NCBI GenBank assembly: GCA_965213685.1
Contig: CBDBZY010000041.1
Location: 64,001-128,000 of the forward strand
From: a bacterium
GTDB taxonomy: Bacteria > UBA8248
Reading direction: 5' to 3'
Length of the DNA: 64,000 nt
Shown here: positions 1 through 11,880 of the stretch, in pieces
Layout of the letters: every line of letters starts with the position of its first letter
Position numbering within the stretch: the stretch's first letter is position 1
Notes under the pieces: generated by a model
The model's database searches: none
The model's input: the letters and a program-made list of their open reading frames with translations, nothing else
What the model was told of the DNA's origin: nothing
Translations under genes and position numbers: made by a program

Positions 1-127
1 TTCATGCTTGCCCAGAGCTCACCGAAGCACGCACAATGAGAGATAAAAGTACATTCTTGTCTTGTTTATCTTCCACTGATCTCAGTAGCACCGATCTCAG
101 GCCGGATATCGTTTTTCACGCGGGAGG

Positions 128-646
128 GGATCAACTTCAATAGACGGACCAAGCGTGTAATCACTTCCGCAATAGGATTTAGCTGTTCCCTAGCCTGTGC
201 CTAGCCTACCCTTAGCCCTTGCCTGTACCTAGCCTACCCCTAGCCCTTGCCCTGTCACACGACTAAATAGTCAGGCGGTGACTATGCTACCGCTCGGCCC
301 ACCGCAGATTGATTTTTCTATGGTCTTGCCGTAACCTAGCCTCTCCTTCCGGGCGTTCTATGGTGTCACACGGTTTGTGTGTCTATAGGTTACAAGAGTA
401 AACACCATTGTTCGGGGCGCAAGCGCCCCTCGGTTGCTAGGCCCTAGCAAGGATCGTGTCTGAATGGTTAGGCTAAGGACCTCCTTGCGCACGCACTTTG
501 CGAGGTGCCGTGTATCCGACCTGATCCCATGTAGGTTAATCGTGTGACGGGGCAAGGGCTAGGGGTAGGCTAAGTACAGGCTAGGGAACAGCTAAAACCT
601 ATTGCGGAAGTGATTACACGCTTGGTCCGTCTATTGAAGTTGATCC
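128..646. mobile_element. Non-autonomous DNA transposon (MITE), GG..CC termini, 8-bp TSD (Merlin- or MULE-like)
   Basis: TIR GGATCAACTTCAATAGACGGACCAAGCGTGTAATCACTTCCGCAATAGG at 128, reverse complement ending 646. GCGGGAGG duplicated at 120-127 and 647-654. Confidence 0.85.
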
Positions 647-1049
647 GCGGGAGGTTTTAGCTGAACTTCATGGTAACTCTGCCATCAATCCGTGATTTTC
701 ACTGCCCTCTAAATATGATGGGAACTTGCGCTTTGAAGAAATCACGGCTGGAGTAACCTTTCACGTTCGAACGACGCTACCGCGCTTTTTTCGGGCGCAG
801 GCGCACATCGTTTTGGGCGTGCACTCGGCCGGGCGCGGCGGCCAAGTGGCAGTTGACCTTGACACAGAAAGCGCGCGATGTGTTGGGAGCCGTGAGGGGC
901 TGTTTCTACACGCATCACTCTGCGATTGCTGGAGGAGACCAGTGAGTTTATAGAGGACTTGCACGTGACGTCATAGGTCATGTGATAAACCGGAAGGCGC
1001 CATCTTTGGGGGCAACGTAGCGGAACGCAGCAGTTAAATTTATACAGAA

Positions 1050-2670
1050 ATGGTGAAGACGTGTTGCGTTTACGGGTGCACCAAGCGTGGAGGACGGGAT
1101 GCAAGCATTTCTTTTTACTCCATACCTGCCGTGATAGAGAACCAAGGGGAGAATACAAAAGAATTGTCGTTTAGACGGCGTCAGGCATGGATAGCAAAGA
1201 TCAATAGAAAGGAATGGGTTCCGTCTTCGTCATCTCGCGTATGTTCGGAACATTTCTTGTCTGGTAAGCATAAATATTTCTTAGATAAATAAGTCTTAAT
1301 AAGTTCACTCCGCAATGAATAGGTAAGCCAGCCTACCTGCATGACTCCACGAGTCCAGACTGGGTGCCCAGTCTGAAAATGGGCTATGCAAACCAGGTAC
1401 CTGATGAGAAACGGCATGCCCGTCTGCGCAAACGAAAAAGACTGGAGGATGCTGATTTGGAGGATACAGTGGAGAATGACGGAAATGCTGAGACTGGTGT
1501 TGCAAGTCAGACTTGTGTGCTTCTAGTGGATGCTGCATGCCAGACTGACAACACAATGGAAGACCTCATGAAAATGGAAGAAGAACTAAAACAACTACGA
1601 CAGGAGTATCAGGATCTGAAGAATGAGAATGCTCAGAAAACAGATGCTTCATTTACTGTAGACGTCCTGAAGACTGATGAGCAGAGGTTGAAGTTTTACA
1701 CAGGTTAAATGAATCACATGATAATTGTCAATGTTCAATTGGTAATAAGTAAGTTGTATAATCTCCTTCATTGTAGGAATATCTGAATGGTGCATTTTCA
1801 ATGCTCTCTTCACTCTTCTTTTGCCGTGTCTTCCCGAAAGTTCCAAACTTTCCAAGATGTCAATGCTTATAATGTTTTTCATGAAGCTTCGACTTAATCT
1901 TTTTGAAGAAGACATTGGCTATAGATTTGGAGTACATCCTTCCACTGTGTCCAGGAATTTCCACCGTGTCTTGGATGTTGTTGCTGCCAGGACAACTCAC
2001 TTGATCAAATGGCCAGATAGGGATACACTATATCAAACAATGCCAATGACATTCAGAAAGTTCTTTAAGAAATGTTGTGTTATAATAGATTGTACTGAAG
2101 TATTTATGGAACGTCCTTCAGACTTACTTGCTCGTAGTTAAGTGTGGAGTAACTACAAGCATCATTCTACCATAAAGTTCTTAATTGGTATAACACCTCA
2201 GGGAACAATATCCTTTGTATCAGAGTGTGTTGGAGGTCGTATGTCAGACAAGGAGATTGTGGAACAGTCTAAACTCTTGGATCACCTCCTTCCAGGTATA
2301 AAATAACTTCGTATTAATTATAATACTGTACTATTTCATTTCTTTAGGTGATGTCATTTTGGCTGACCGAGGGTTCACCTGCAATGATTATGCACAGATG
2401 GCAATGGCCGAAGTGAGATTACCGCCCTTTACCCGAGGAAAGAGGCAGCTTGAGAAAGTGGATATTGATTGGAGCAGAGAATTGTCCATCGTTAGAATAC
2501 ATGTTGAGCGTGTTATTGGTGTTCTGAAGCAGAAGTACACAATACTTCAAGGGGTCTTACCTATTGCTTTAATTGCCGACAATAAAGACACCAAATCCAC
2601 AATAGACAAAATAGTGCAAGTATGTTGTGCAATGGTTAATCTCTGCCCCTCTGTTGTACCTCTAGAATGA
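1050..2670 (+). pseudogene. THAP-domain + HTH + DDE_Tnp_4 (Harbinger-like) transposase, 4 exons, one nonsense codon
   Basis: Exons ~1050-1263, 1323-1703, 1777-2295, 2348-2670 with GT-AG introns. Motifs MVKTCCVYGC..W..RVCSEHF (THAP), IIDCTE, ADRGF, RIHVERVIG. In-frame TAA at 2139-2141 in [12 protein letters not shown]. Confidence 0.85.
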
Positions 2671-2809
2671 GCTGTAAGTACCCTGTAAATGTTGTGTACG
2701 TACCCTGTTAATGTTGTGGTTCATCACCAGTACAAATATAGAAATCATCATTGTAGTATTGGGATACAATCATGTAGCATGACCAATACATGTGGAGAAC
2801 ACTTGACTG

Positions 2810-5068
2810 TCACTTCCTCTTTCTTGCACTAAACTTAGGCAATTTTCTACATGATGGACAATACCATTTTCCTTTAGGAGTACTCAGTATCCGTAAGCAA
2901 TCAAAGTGGAACCATTTTATTGTGCACATCTCATGGTCACATAATATCATGTCTCCATGACTTGGTTCATTGCAATAACACCACAGCTTGGAAAAATCTT
3001 CCTTTTCATCCATCACAGCACTTTGCATATCTGATGTGGGTGTAGCAGTAGATGTAGGAAGTGGTACTCTACCAGCTGTACTGGCAACAGGTTTTCTGGT
3101 ATACCATTTACCCACAATTTCAGGAAGTACACCATAAATAAAGAAGTGTCTAACATCTTCCATTTTACTGTTATAGAATGCATAGTCCACTGTAATTCGC
3201 TCCACTATAACTTCCCCCCTGCTCCACACAACAAAGTCACAGTATGGCAGTTTGCATACTGCTAACTGCATTTGAACTTGATAATAGTAGGTGTGGGTTC
3301 TTTTTAGCTTCCATTTATCGTTATCTTTTGTCAGACAAAACATATTTACTTCTTCTTTGGGAAGACCATCTTTCACACAGTGAGGACACTTTACTTCCAG
3401 CACTCCTTTCCCACAGCAGGTACAACTGACAATGCCATCAGGCGTTGCTCCAATGTAGGGTTGTGACGGGTCAACAAAAAACCCTGTTTTCGATACCTGT
3501 AGCTCAGTATGATGCTTACAAGCTTGATCAGTGTAAGACTTAACTGCATCTTTCTCATGTGTACATCCCCATCTGTAGTTTTGTCAATATAATTATATCA
3601 ATGCATAACTATAATGTTTCATGCACTTTAAATACTTACATAGTGGCTGCTGTCTTAAATTTGAAAGCTTCTGGGTAGCACAGCCTCTTAATCAAGCTTT
3701 GTGATGGCATATATGTATTTGTAGCAGCTGCTGCTTTGAAATTTGATGCTGTAATTCTCCCAGCCCGGTGCAAAAACCACACTTTGCTAGATGCTTGCTC
3801 CCGTGTTGCTTCCTCCAACTTGACTGCCTGTTCCTGAGTCACCTTCAAAATGAAATATGGTGTGTAACAATTACTTTACCATTACCTGTTGGGTACAAAA
3901 TATCATTAAAGCTTGTCATATACCTTAATGGACTCAAATGTCTTTTCACATTCCCTGAGCAAATCTAGATAACCAATGTCTAAGGTGGCTGGATTGTAGT
4001 ACTCAGTCAAGGGCTGTGGAAAAATAGAGAGGCTAAGCCGTGGGATGAATGCCTCTGCAAATGGTGGAGTAATTCTAAGGATGGCAGGCTTGCTCTTAGC
4101 TTTGCTAATTGAGCCATAAAAGGTTTCCAATTCAGTCTCAGTTGGCTGAGAAATCTTCTTCAGTGTGGGGGCACCATCACTGTCAGCTGATCGTTTGCGG
4201 CTGTTATTGCTTGGTTGAACAAATTTGATTTCACTCACTGGAACTGGGACAACCTGTGCACATGTAGTTTATAGAAAAGTAGTGCTACATGTATGTACAA
4301 TGATTATATAAAAACAACCTACATTTCGAGCTGGAGGAAGCCATGTGCATTGCTGGGAGGTGCAGGATTCTACTCCAGACTTATTTCGCATTTCAGTAGC
4401 TCGGACTAAACTTGACAGAATAGCTGCAATATGAGAGCACGCCTCTCCCAGTCTGTGTATGGAAAGCTGAAAATCTTTAAGCATCCTTCTACTTCATTTA
4501 CTTACCCTGCCATGCAAGCACAATGAGCCCCTATAACTTCTCCATTTTTCTCCACAATCACCCATGGTAACAGTGGAGTTGCTGACACCCGCTGGGAGTG
4601 CTTTACCTGCACATTATAGTCAATTGAACAGGTATTTAGTAGTAAATGACCTCCAGAATCGTTATACTTTACCTTTCCCATGATGACATATCTCACATTA
4701 TTAGAGGAAACAAAGCGGTGCAGCCTTAAGTTATGTATCCAGCCAGCCTTAAGGAAACAGTCACCATCAAGCATTCCCTTCCAGGCCTAACATGTAATTA
4801 TACATCAAAAACTATAAAGTTCTTAGGCAGACACTTATACATTTTCTGTCCTACCTTTATCTCCTCTCTAGTGTATGGACTTGGCGTAGAAACCATGTAC
4901 AGCATCATATCACTCCAGTGCACGTCGGGCGCATCCTCGGGCGTCTCAGTCCAGTGCTCAATTGCGTATGGATCTACCCTAAGCCCTGCAGAAACAACCT
5001 TAGCTTCGTATATATCTTTCTTTCGATTGGAAAGAAAGGTTGACGAAGTACTCCGACTTGCGCTCCAT
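2810..5068 (-). pseudogene. SWIM zinc finger + YqaJ (lambda-exonuclease-like) + PHD finger accessory protein of the transposon, ~7 exons
   Basis: Motifs AHCACMAG|LGEACSH (SWIM); WFLHRAGRITAS, WGCTHE, GATPDG, EVKCP, YYYQVQMQL (YqaJ); WCYC..CD..C..WFHFDC..WYCPSC (PHD). Apparent frameshift in a TATATA run at 5009-5014 near the likely start (ATG 5068, MERKSEYF). Confidence 0.8.
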
Positions 5069-5434
5069 TGCATTAGTCACGTACGCGCGATGCGCGCGGA
5101 TGCCCCCAAAGATGGCGGATAGCAACGGTTGCTACGGACACACCCCCAAATTTACTTCCGGTGCAAGTCCTCTATTACTAAGCACTAGTCTTTACCCTCG
5201 CGTAGCCTAATCCCTTCGTATAAAAGGCATGCCGATTTATGTTGTCTAAGTTTGTACCCGTCCGCCATATATGTGACTGTACGGTTGTCAGTCTGATGTG
5301 TTGGACTTTGTGGCAGTGTGACTGTCTGTCTGATATGTTTGCCTTTGTTACTGTCAGTCTGATATGTTAGAGTATCAGTTGTGGCAGTGTGGCTGTGTGT
5401 TGGTCGGATACATTGTACATTGTATGTTTGGCTG

Positions 5435-5815
5435 TGCGGCTGTCAGTCTGACATGTTGGGCTTTGGTGGCCATGTGGCTGTCAGTCTGATATGTTGGGCT
5501 TTGGTGGCCATGTGGCTGTCAGTCTGATATGTTGGGCTTTGGTGGCCATGTGGCTGTCAGTCTGATATGTTGGGCTTTGGTGGCTGTGTGGTTGTCAGTC
5601 TGATATGTTAGGCTTTGGTGGCCATGTGGCTGTCAGTCTGATATATTGGGCTTTGGTGGCCGTGTGGCTATCAGTCTGATATGTTGGGCTTTGATGGCCG
5701 TGTGGCTATCAGTCTGATATGTTAGGCTTTGGTGGCCATGTGGCTATCAGTCTGATATGTTGGGCTTTGGTGGCCATGTGGCTGTCAGTCTGATATGTTG
5801 GGCCTTGTGGCTGAT
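5435..5815. repeat. 38-bp minisatellite, about 10 copies, more degenerate copies back to ~5270
   Basis: Unit GTGGCCATGTGGCTGTCAGTCTGATATGTTGGGCTTTG recurs every 38 bp. Confidence 0.9.
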
Positions 5816-6636
5816 GACCTTTCCTTAGAGTGAATTATATTCTGGTTGGTTCCATGGACTGTATTTTGTTATTAATTATGTGTATTTACACTAATAATAT
5901 CAGCTACATTTGTAAGTTTCAGAAAACACATATAGATCAACGCTAATATGAAAATATACAAAGAAGGCAGAAGGTAAAGTGATAGAGTACAAATCTCTGC
6001 TCCACACTGTGACCCATAACTGATGCCAGACTAATGATCTCACTTCCTCAACCTGCGGAATGTGAGTGCAAAATGCATTTGTATGGCTTATTGTCCTTTC
6101 TCCTTTCTTGTGACTTTTCCCTCATTTCTACAAGCTATTTTCATCCGTAATCTAGCTACCTGGATTTGTTCATTCCAATCTTTGTTCTTAATACTCTCAT
6201 ATGCAGGCTCCATGACACTGAACATATGAATAATACTTCAATTATAGCTGTCAAGGTAGCACATCTTTTGATGGGCAGCTCTCGACTTCATTGTGAACAA
6301 ATCCAGCTCTCATTGGTGTTGCATTCACATTTACTTTCTCACTCCTGTTTGATGAGCTGTTGGTAGTTTTCCTGTAGTGTAACTTTCCTTTTTCTTTTCT
6401 ATAGATTTACAGTATTATATACATTATGTGAATATAATAATTGTTATTATAATTGTTATAATCATGAGACATTACTTTCAATGACCATTGTGTAGTTATT
6501 ATTGCATGATGTTCACATAGGTATAGGTTACATATGGTACCATAGACATCAAAATTGGCAGTGACCCCCTTGTGGGTGCTAACTGAGGGAACGCCGACAG
6601 ACGAGTGCTGCAGAACCAGAGAACGAGGAGCGCACC

Positions 6637-7224
6637 ATGACTCACCGACCGGTAGTTCTACCAGACTCGTATTCTGGAGAAGCGGAGTTCTCTGAGTGGC
6701 ATGATCATTTTGAAAACGTCGCCGCAGTAAACAGGTGGGATGACGATGCTAAGCTGCTGTGGTTGAAGGTGCGACTGACAGGTCGAGCACAGAAGGCGTT
6801 CAAACGACTCCCGCAAGCGACGCAAGGAAACTACCAGCGCACCATGGAAGCACTGAAGGAAAGATTTGAACCTGGAAGCAAGCGTGAGCTGCACGTAGTA
6901 GAGTTCCACGCACGGAGGAAAGGTCGAACCGAAAGTTGGGCGGACTTTGCGGAGGACATTAAGACATTAGCGGACAAGGCCTACCCGGACTTGGAAGACG
7001 CAGCTCGAGAACGCTTGTCTTTAAATCGGTATCTGGAACAACTGGGAGATCCACAAGTAGCGTTTGGTGTGAAGCAAAGCAGACCGAAAAGCCTGGATGA
7101 AGCAGTTACGGCGACGCTGGAATTGGAATCGTATAAAGTCTCTGCACCGACTGCCTCTGTGTCGCAGGTCGCACCGGGCGATGGGGACGTGGAAGCTATC
7201 TCTGAGCCGACTACGCCAGTGTAG
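6637..7224 (+). CDS. Gypsy Gag (capsid-like), C-terminally truncated
   Basis: FSEWHDHFENVAAVNRW..LTGRAQ..LKERF..ESWADFA..LADKAYP is typical Gag. The ORF ends in an inserted inverted LTR fragment. Confidence 0.8.
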   Translation: MTHRPVVLPDSYSGEAEFSEWHDHFENVAAVNRWDDDAKLLWLKVRLTGRAQKAFKRLPQATQGNYQRTMEALKERFEPGSKRELHVVEFHARRKGRTESWADFAEDIKTLADKAYPDLEDAARERLSLNRYLEQLGDPQVAFGVKQSRPKSLDEAVTATLELESYKVSAPTASVSQVAPGDGDVEAISEPTTPV

Positions 7225-7287
7225 CGCACTGAGTTGCACTAGGAGCGACGATCCTGACAACCTCCAAGTCAGACTCAAAGATCTCAA

Positions 7288-10200
7288 ATGCAAGTGGTGG
7301 CAAAGGCTCTGAATGAAGTTGTTCAAAATTGTCAAAACCTCAGTCCAGTAGAAAAGGAGCAACTTTACCAACTTTTGCTTGCTTATTCAGATATATTTGG
7401 CACACAGCAGTCTGATTTGGGGCGCACTGACTGCATCCGGCACAAGATTGACACAGGAAATGCTCCACCAATCAGACAGAGAACCAGAAGACTAGCCCCT
7501 CATCAACACCAGGAAGCCAAGAAACTCGTTGAAGAGATGCTTCAAAAAGACGTGATCCAGCCATCCTCCAGTCCATGGGCAGCTCCAATTGTCCTCGTTC
7601 GGAAGAAAGATGGGTCAAGAAGATTCTGTGTTGATTACAGGAAGATAAATGCAATCACACGGAAGGATGCCTATCCAATACCACGGGTGGATGATGCACT
7701 GGACACTCTCAGTGGTTCACAATGGTTCACAACCCTAGACATGATCAGTGGCTACTGGCAAGTCGAAATGGATCCAGGCGATCGGGAGAAGACAGCTTTC
7801 TGCACACAAGAAGGATTATTTGAATTCAAGGTCATGCCCTTTGGCTTATGTAACGCACCAGCAACATTTCAACGCCTTATGGATGCCGTGCTGGCCGGAC
7901 TGCAATGGAAGACATGTTTAGTCTACCTGGATGACGTGGTGATTCCTGGAAGGGATTTTTTGGAGCACCTCTACAACATGAGAAGTGTGTTTGAACGCAT
8001 TAAACAGGCTGGGCTTAAACTACGCCTAAGCAAGTGCCAGTTCTGCCAAAAGAATGTCACCTTCCTTGGCCACATTGTTTCACCACAGGGAATAGCCACG
8101 GATCCCTCCAAGACAAGTAAAGTTGCAAATTGGCCTGCACCAACCTCCCAAAAAGAAGTACAGCAGTTCTTGGGATTGGCCGGCTACTATCGCCGATTTA
8201 TCAAAGACTTCGCAACAGTTGCTAAACCCCTACACCGACTCTCAGAGAAGACATGTCCATTCGTGTGGAGTGAAGAATGTCAGGTAGCTTTTGCGACACT
8301 CAGAAGGCTGTTGGTGACTTGTCCTGTGCTGGCTTTTCCTGACTACACCAAGCCATTCATCCTGGATACAGATGCCAGCGAACAAGGTATTGGGGCAGTT
8401 CTCTCCCAGGTACATGATGATGCTAAAGAGCATGTATAGTCGCATATGCCAGCCGTCTATTACGGAAACCTGAGACAAAGTATGGTGTTACCCGACGAGA
8501 ATTGCTGGCTGTTGTAGAATTCACGAAGCACTTTCGCCCTTACCTCTTGGGTATAGATCATTCACACTGCGTTCAGACCATGGTTCCCTGATCTGGCTTC
8601 AGAATTTTAAAAACCCAGACGGCCAGTTAGCCAGATGGCTTGAGCAGTTGGTGGAGTATGACTTCACCATTATACACCGAGCAGGAAGCAAACACGGAAA
8701 TGCAGACGCATTGTCACGGATACCCTGCCATCAGTGTGGAAGAGATAACCACTTTGAAGTGGTTGCAGTTGCTACCCCAACTGGTCAACGGCGAGAACAC
8801 CGAGACAAACACACTAGTGAGATGAGGAAGTTACAACTCTCAGACACAGTGATCGGGCCAATTCTGCAGGCAAAAGAAAAGGAACAGAAACCAAGCCTAG
8901 ATGATGTCAAGGTACAACCCCGTAGCACAAGTCGACTAGTGCAGCAATGGGACCAATTAGAGGTCAAAGGTGGCCTACTGTGGAGAGTAATGGAGAATGG
9001 AGGTGGTAATGAAGTACGGCAACTCATCGTTCCCCAAGGACTCAGAACTGAGGTTCTTCAGGAATTGCACTCAGGAGCAGTAGGAGGACACTTGGGAGAA
9101 GAAAAGACCTTGAAAAAACTCAAAGAGAGGTTTTACTGGCCAGGACATGCAAATGATGTGAAAAATTGGTGTCGAGCTTGTCCATCATGTTCAACAAGAA
9201 AAACACCTGCACCTAAGCAACGAGCACCCCTAGGAAGCCTTCAGGCTAGATACCCAATGCAAATTGTATCTGTGGACATTCTGGGGCCCCTACCAATGAC
9301 AGAGACTGGAAACTCTTATATCCTCGTGGTGGGTGACCATTTCACAAAATGGATGGAAGCTTACTCAATTCCAAATCAAGAAGCGAAGACGGTGGCTAAC
9401 AAGCTCATTGATGAATTCTTCTGCCGGTATTCCACACCTGAACAGCTACATTCTGATCAAGGAGCCCAATTTCAATCCAACCTTGTTGCTGAAGTTTGCA
9501 GGATTCTGAAGATTGGGAAATCACGAACAACACCCTACCACCCACAGTGTGATGGTGTAGTGGAACGATTTAATAGAACGCTCTTGGACATGCTGGCAAC
9601 TACCACAGGGAACCATCCTCATGACCGGGAAATACACTTGAGAAAGGTCTGCTTGGCATACAATACCAGTGTGCATTCAACAACAGGCTACTCACCATTT
9701 TACCTCATGTTTGGCCGCCAAGCTAGACTCCCAATTGACATTATGTGTGGCACTACCAAACCCTCAACCAATACAACTTATGGAGACTTTGCAAGCAGAA
9801 TGCAACACACTTTGGAAGAAGCTTATGACACAGCACGTGGTCGCACAAAAGCAAAACATGAACGCCAGAAGGAGATCTATAACAGCAAGTGCCATGGTAA
9901 ACCATTTGAGACAAATGACTTAGTTTGGCTTTATTGTCCTGCAGTTCCAAGGAACAAAGCCAAGAAATTTCATCATCCATGGACCGGACCGTGGAGAGTG
10001 ATAAAACGCCTCTCAGATGCAGTTTATCGCATACAAAGACTCACAGGGCATCGTAAGAGAACTGTTGTGCACTTTGACAGATTGAAGCGATGCCATCCAC
10101 ACTACATAAAGGAGACTCCTGAACAGTCTCAGCGTCTACCACAAACCCAAACAGGCACACCCACTACCCAGCCTGGCCAAAATCTACAGTTAGTGGATGG

Positions 10201-10324
10201 CATCTCAGATGGAGAAGACAGTGAAGTTTCAAGAACATCTCAGCAAGTGGCTAATCCAGGAGCTGCCACACAAAGTGCACAAACTGGAACACAATCACCC
10301 CGCTATCCGACGAGAAACAGATGA
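7288..10324 (+). pseudogene. Gypsy Pol: reverse transcriptase, RNase H, integrase; two +2 frameshifts
   Basis: RT: RFCVDYRKIN, MPFGLCNAPATFQR, YLDD. RNase H: TDAS. Integrase: H..GH..C..C, VDILGP, SDQG, VERFN. Removing TA at ~8437 and ~8554 restores one continuous frame. Confidence 0.92.
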
Positions 10325-10407
10325 CCTCCAGACTGGTATGCTACAGTAATATCGCACTAACTGCTTACATTGGAATCCGAGACGTATTCCTTCAGGAGAG
10401 GGAGTAA

Positions 10408-10666
10408 TGTGACAATGTCATTGTGGCTGTCCTTATGACTCATAGTGTATGGAACAATGGCAAGTGAATGACCTGATAAATCTATTACATATCTATTGTG
10501 TCATATCACTATCATCATGTTGTTTACTCTTGTATCATGCACCTCTTTGTCTGTGTGGCTATATAAGCCAAGACTGTACTGTACTCTGGGCGGCTGTACT
10601 GATGAGATTTCTCTCTTGCCACTGCTCCGAAGGATCGTCGCTCCTAGTGCAACTCAGTGCGCTACA
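10408..10666 (+). repeat. 3' LTR of the Gypsy element
   Basis: Starts TGTGAC directly after the PPT, ends GCTACA, with a TATATAA box at ~10559-10566. Confidence 0.8.
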
Positions 10667-10689
10667 CTAAGATGACCACAGGTGCTGCA

Positions 10690-10947
10690 TGCCTGGACAC
10701 CTGGCATGTTAATGTAACACCCCAGGTATGGGTGTCACAGTGTTGCTGTAACCACCAGGGTGTTCCAAAAGCACTCCTAGCTTTGACACCTGAAATCAAG
10801 GTGCTGAGACAGCACAAGGGGTGCTCCATTAGCACCCTATCGGTGTTATCTTGACAATGGAGTGTTGTGGAAACACTTAGGTGTCTGCATGACACACAGA
10901 AATTTGACACCCCGGTGCTTTGATAACACCCCATTTTTTTTACAGTG
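10690..10947 (-). mobile_element. One terminus of a CACTG (EnSpm/CACTA-like) element
   Basis: The minus strand begins CACTGTAAAAAAAATGGGGTGTT with repeated ACACC/GGTGT subterminal motifs. The other end was not found. Confidence 0.45.
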
Positions 10948-11649
10948 TATCGGCTGACTTACACTCCTAGCATCCCACAACATTTTTGGCATAAGTATGT
11001 CAAACGAAATGCTTAAAGGTGAAGGCTGACTATGTATAGTAGCGAAGCCCCCCATACGCACACCTGACGACCGCAAATGTAGTCGCGTCCGTCGGTCACG
11101 GTATAAAAGGCCCCTGCCCAGGGCACAACCTTTGACCCCTCTTGCACATGGCGGACCGATTCAAAATAGCGAGCAGCAACCAGCGCACTATCCACGTCCA
11201 CCACGGCACCTTACCCTTCGCTATGTACCGCTTTTAGCGCGAATAACGTTCATTCCGCGCGTCTTCGAGCGTTTGTCTGGTCGAAATAGCCCTGAACAGT
11301 TTGCCATGGCAGAATGACATGAGAGAAGCACTGAAGAGGGGAAGCCTGGGATCCAGGTACACAAATAAGTGAATATAGGTACATACAGAAAGATAAAAGT
11401 ACACTGCTACATAGGTACAGGTGCACTATGGTGGTCGTCAGCCTCCTCAGGCCTTTGTAGCTAGGCTGAATAGATTCCTCCAGGAGTCCAGGCCAGTGAG
11501 GCTTTGTCTGTCGATCAAGTGGATGGACGATGAGTGTGTGTGTCCACCACCGAAAAGGAGATGCACATGTATGCAGGAGGTAAACAACTTGACCCTGTAG
11601 CGGCAAGTGAACATGCTTGCACTTACAATTCTTACATTTACATATGCAG

Positions 11650-11880
11650 ACAGATACATAAGGGGGATCACCCCGTTCTGGGTCAACCCACTGACAAACC
11701 CCACTGTCCTCACTGTCTGTGCACACTGTGTGTGGTGGCACAGCCCCCAGACTTTCTGGTTGGCAGTTCAGCTGCCAGTTTCAACAATGTATCCAAGCGA
11801 TACAGCCTGTACAGAAAGTTCTGGGCATTACTATGGCAGTTGGGCGTGTGGGAGCACCCAACATATACTTGGAATAAAAC
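11650..11880 (+). pseudogene. Fragment of a small Cys-rich protein (CPHCLC..C, N..KRY.LYRKFW..LG.W), possibly a P2X7-ballast-like transposon accessory domain
   Basis: Motif pattern in ORF 11534-12118. TATA-like box at ~11102 and ATG at ~11148 upstream. Homology is from recall only. Confidence 0.3.

Larger units (their letters stand above)
952..5173. mobile_element. ISL2EU-type (PIF/Harbinger-related) DNA transposon, full length, two convergent genes
   Basis: 13-bp TIR AGAGGACTTGCAC (952-964 / 5161-5173) flanked by AT on both sides. Encodes a THAP+DDE transposase (+) and a YqaJ-nuclease protein (-), the gene pair typical of ISL2EU. Confidence 0.88.
6555..10666 (+). mobile_element. Gypsy (Ty3) LTR retrotransposon, 5' LTR missing, protease region deleted, RNase H frameshifted
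   Basis: Gag, then RT-RNaseH-integrase order. Polypurine tract AGGAGAGGGAGTAA at 10394-10407 followed by a TG..CA LTR at 10408-10666. No matching LTR upstream of gag. The left boundary is approximate. Confidence 0.9.

Noticed and set aside
2810-3010. ING-family PHD gene
   Set aside because: The PHD is in frame with YqaJ inside the transposon TIRs, and there is no ING N-terminal domain.
5435-5815. 38-bp periodic repeat as a CRISPR array
   Set aside because: The units are contiguous with no unique spacers, there are no cas genes, and the context is eukaryotic.
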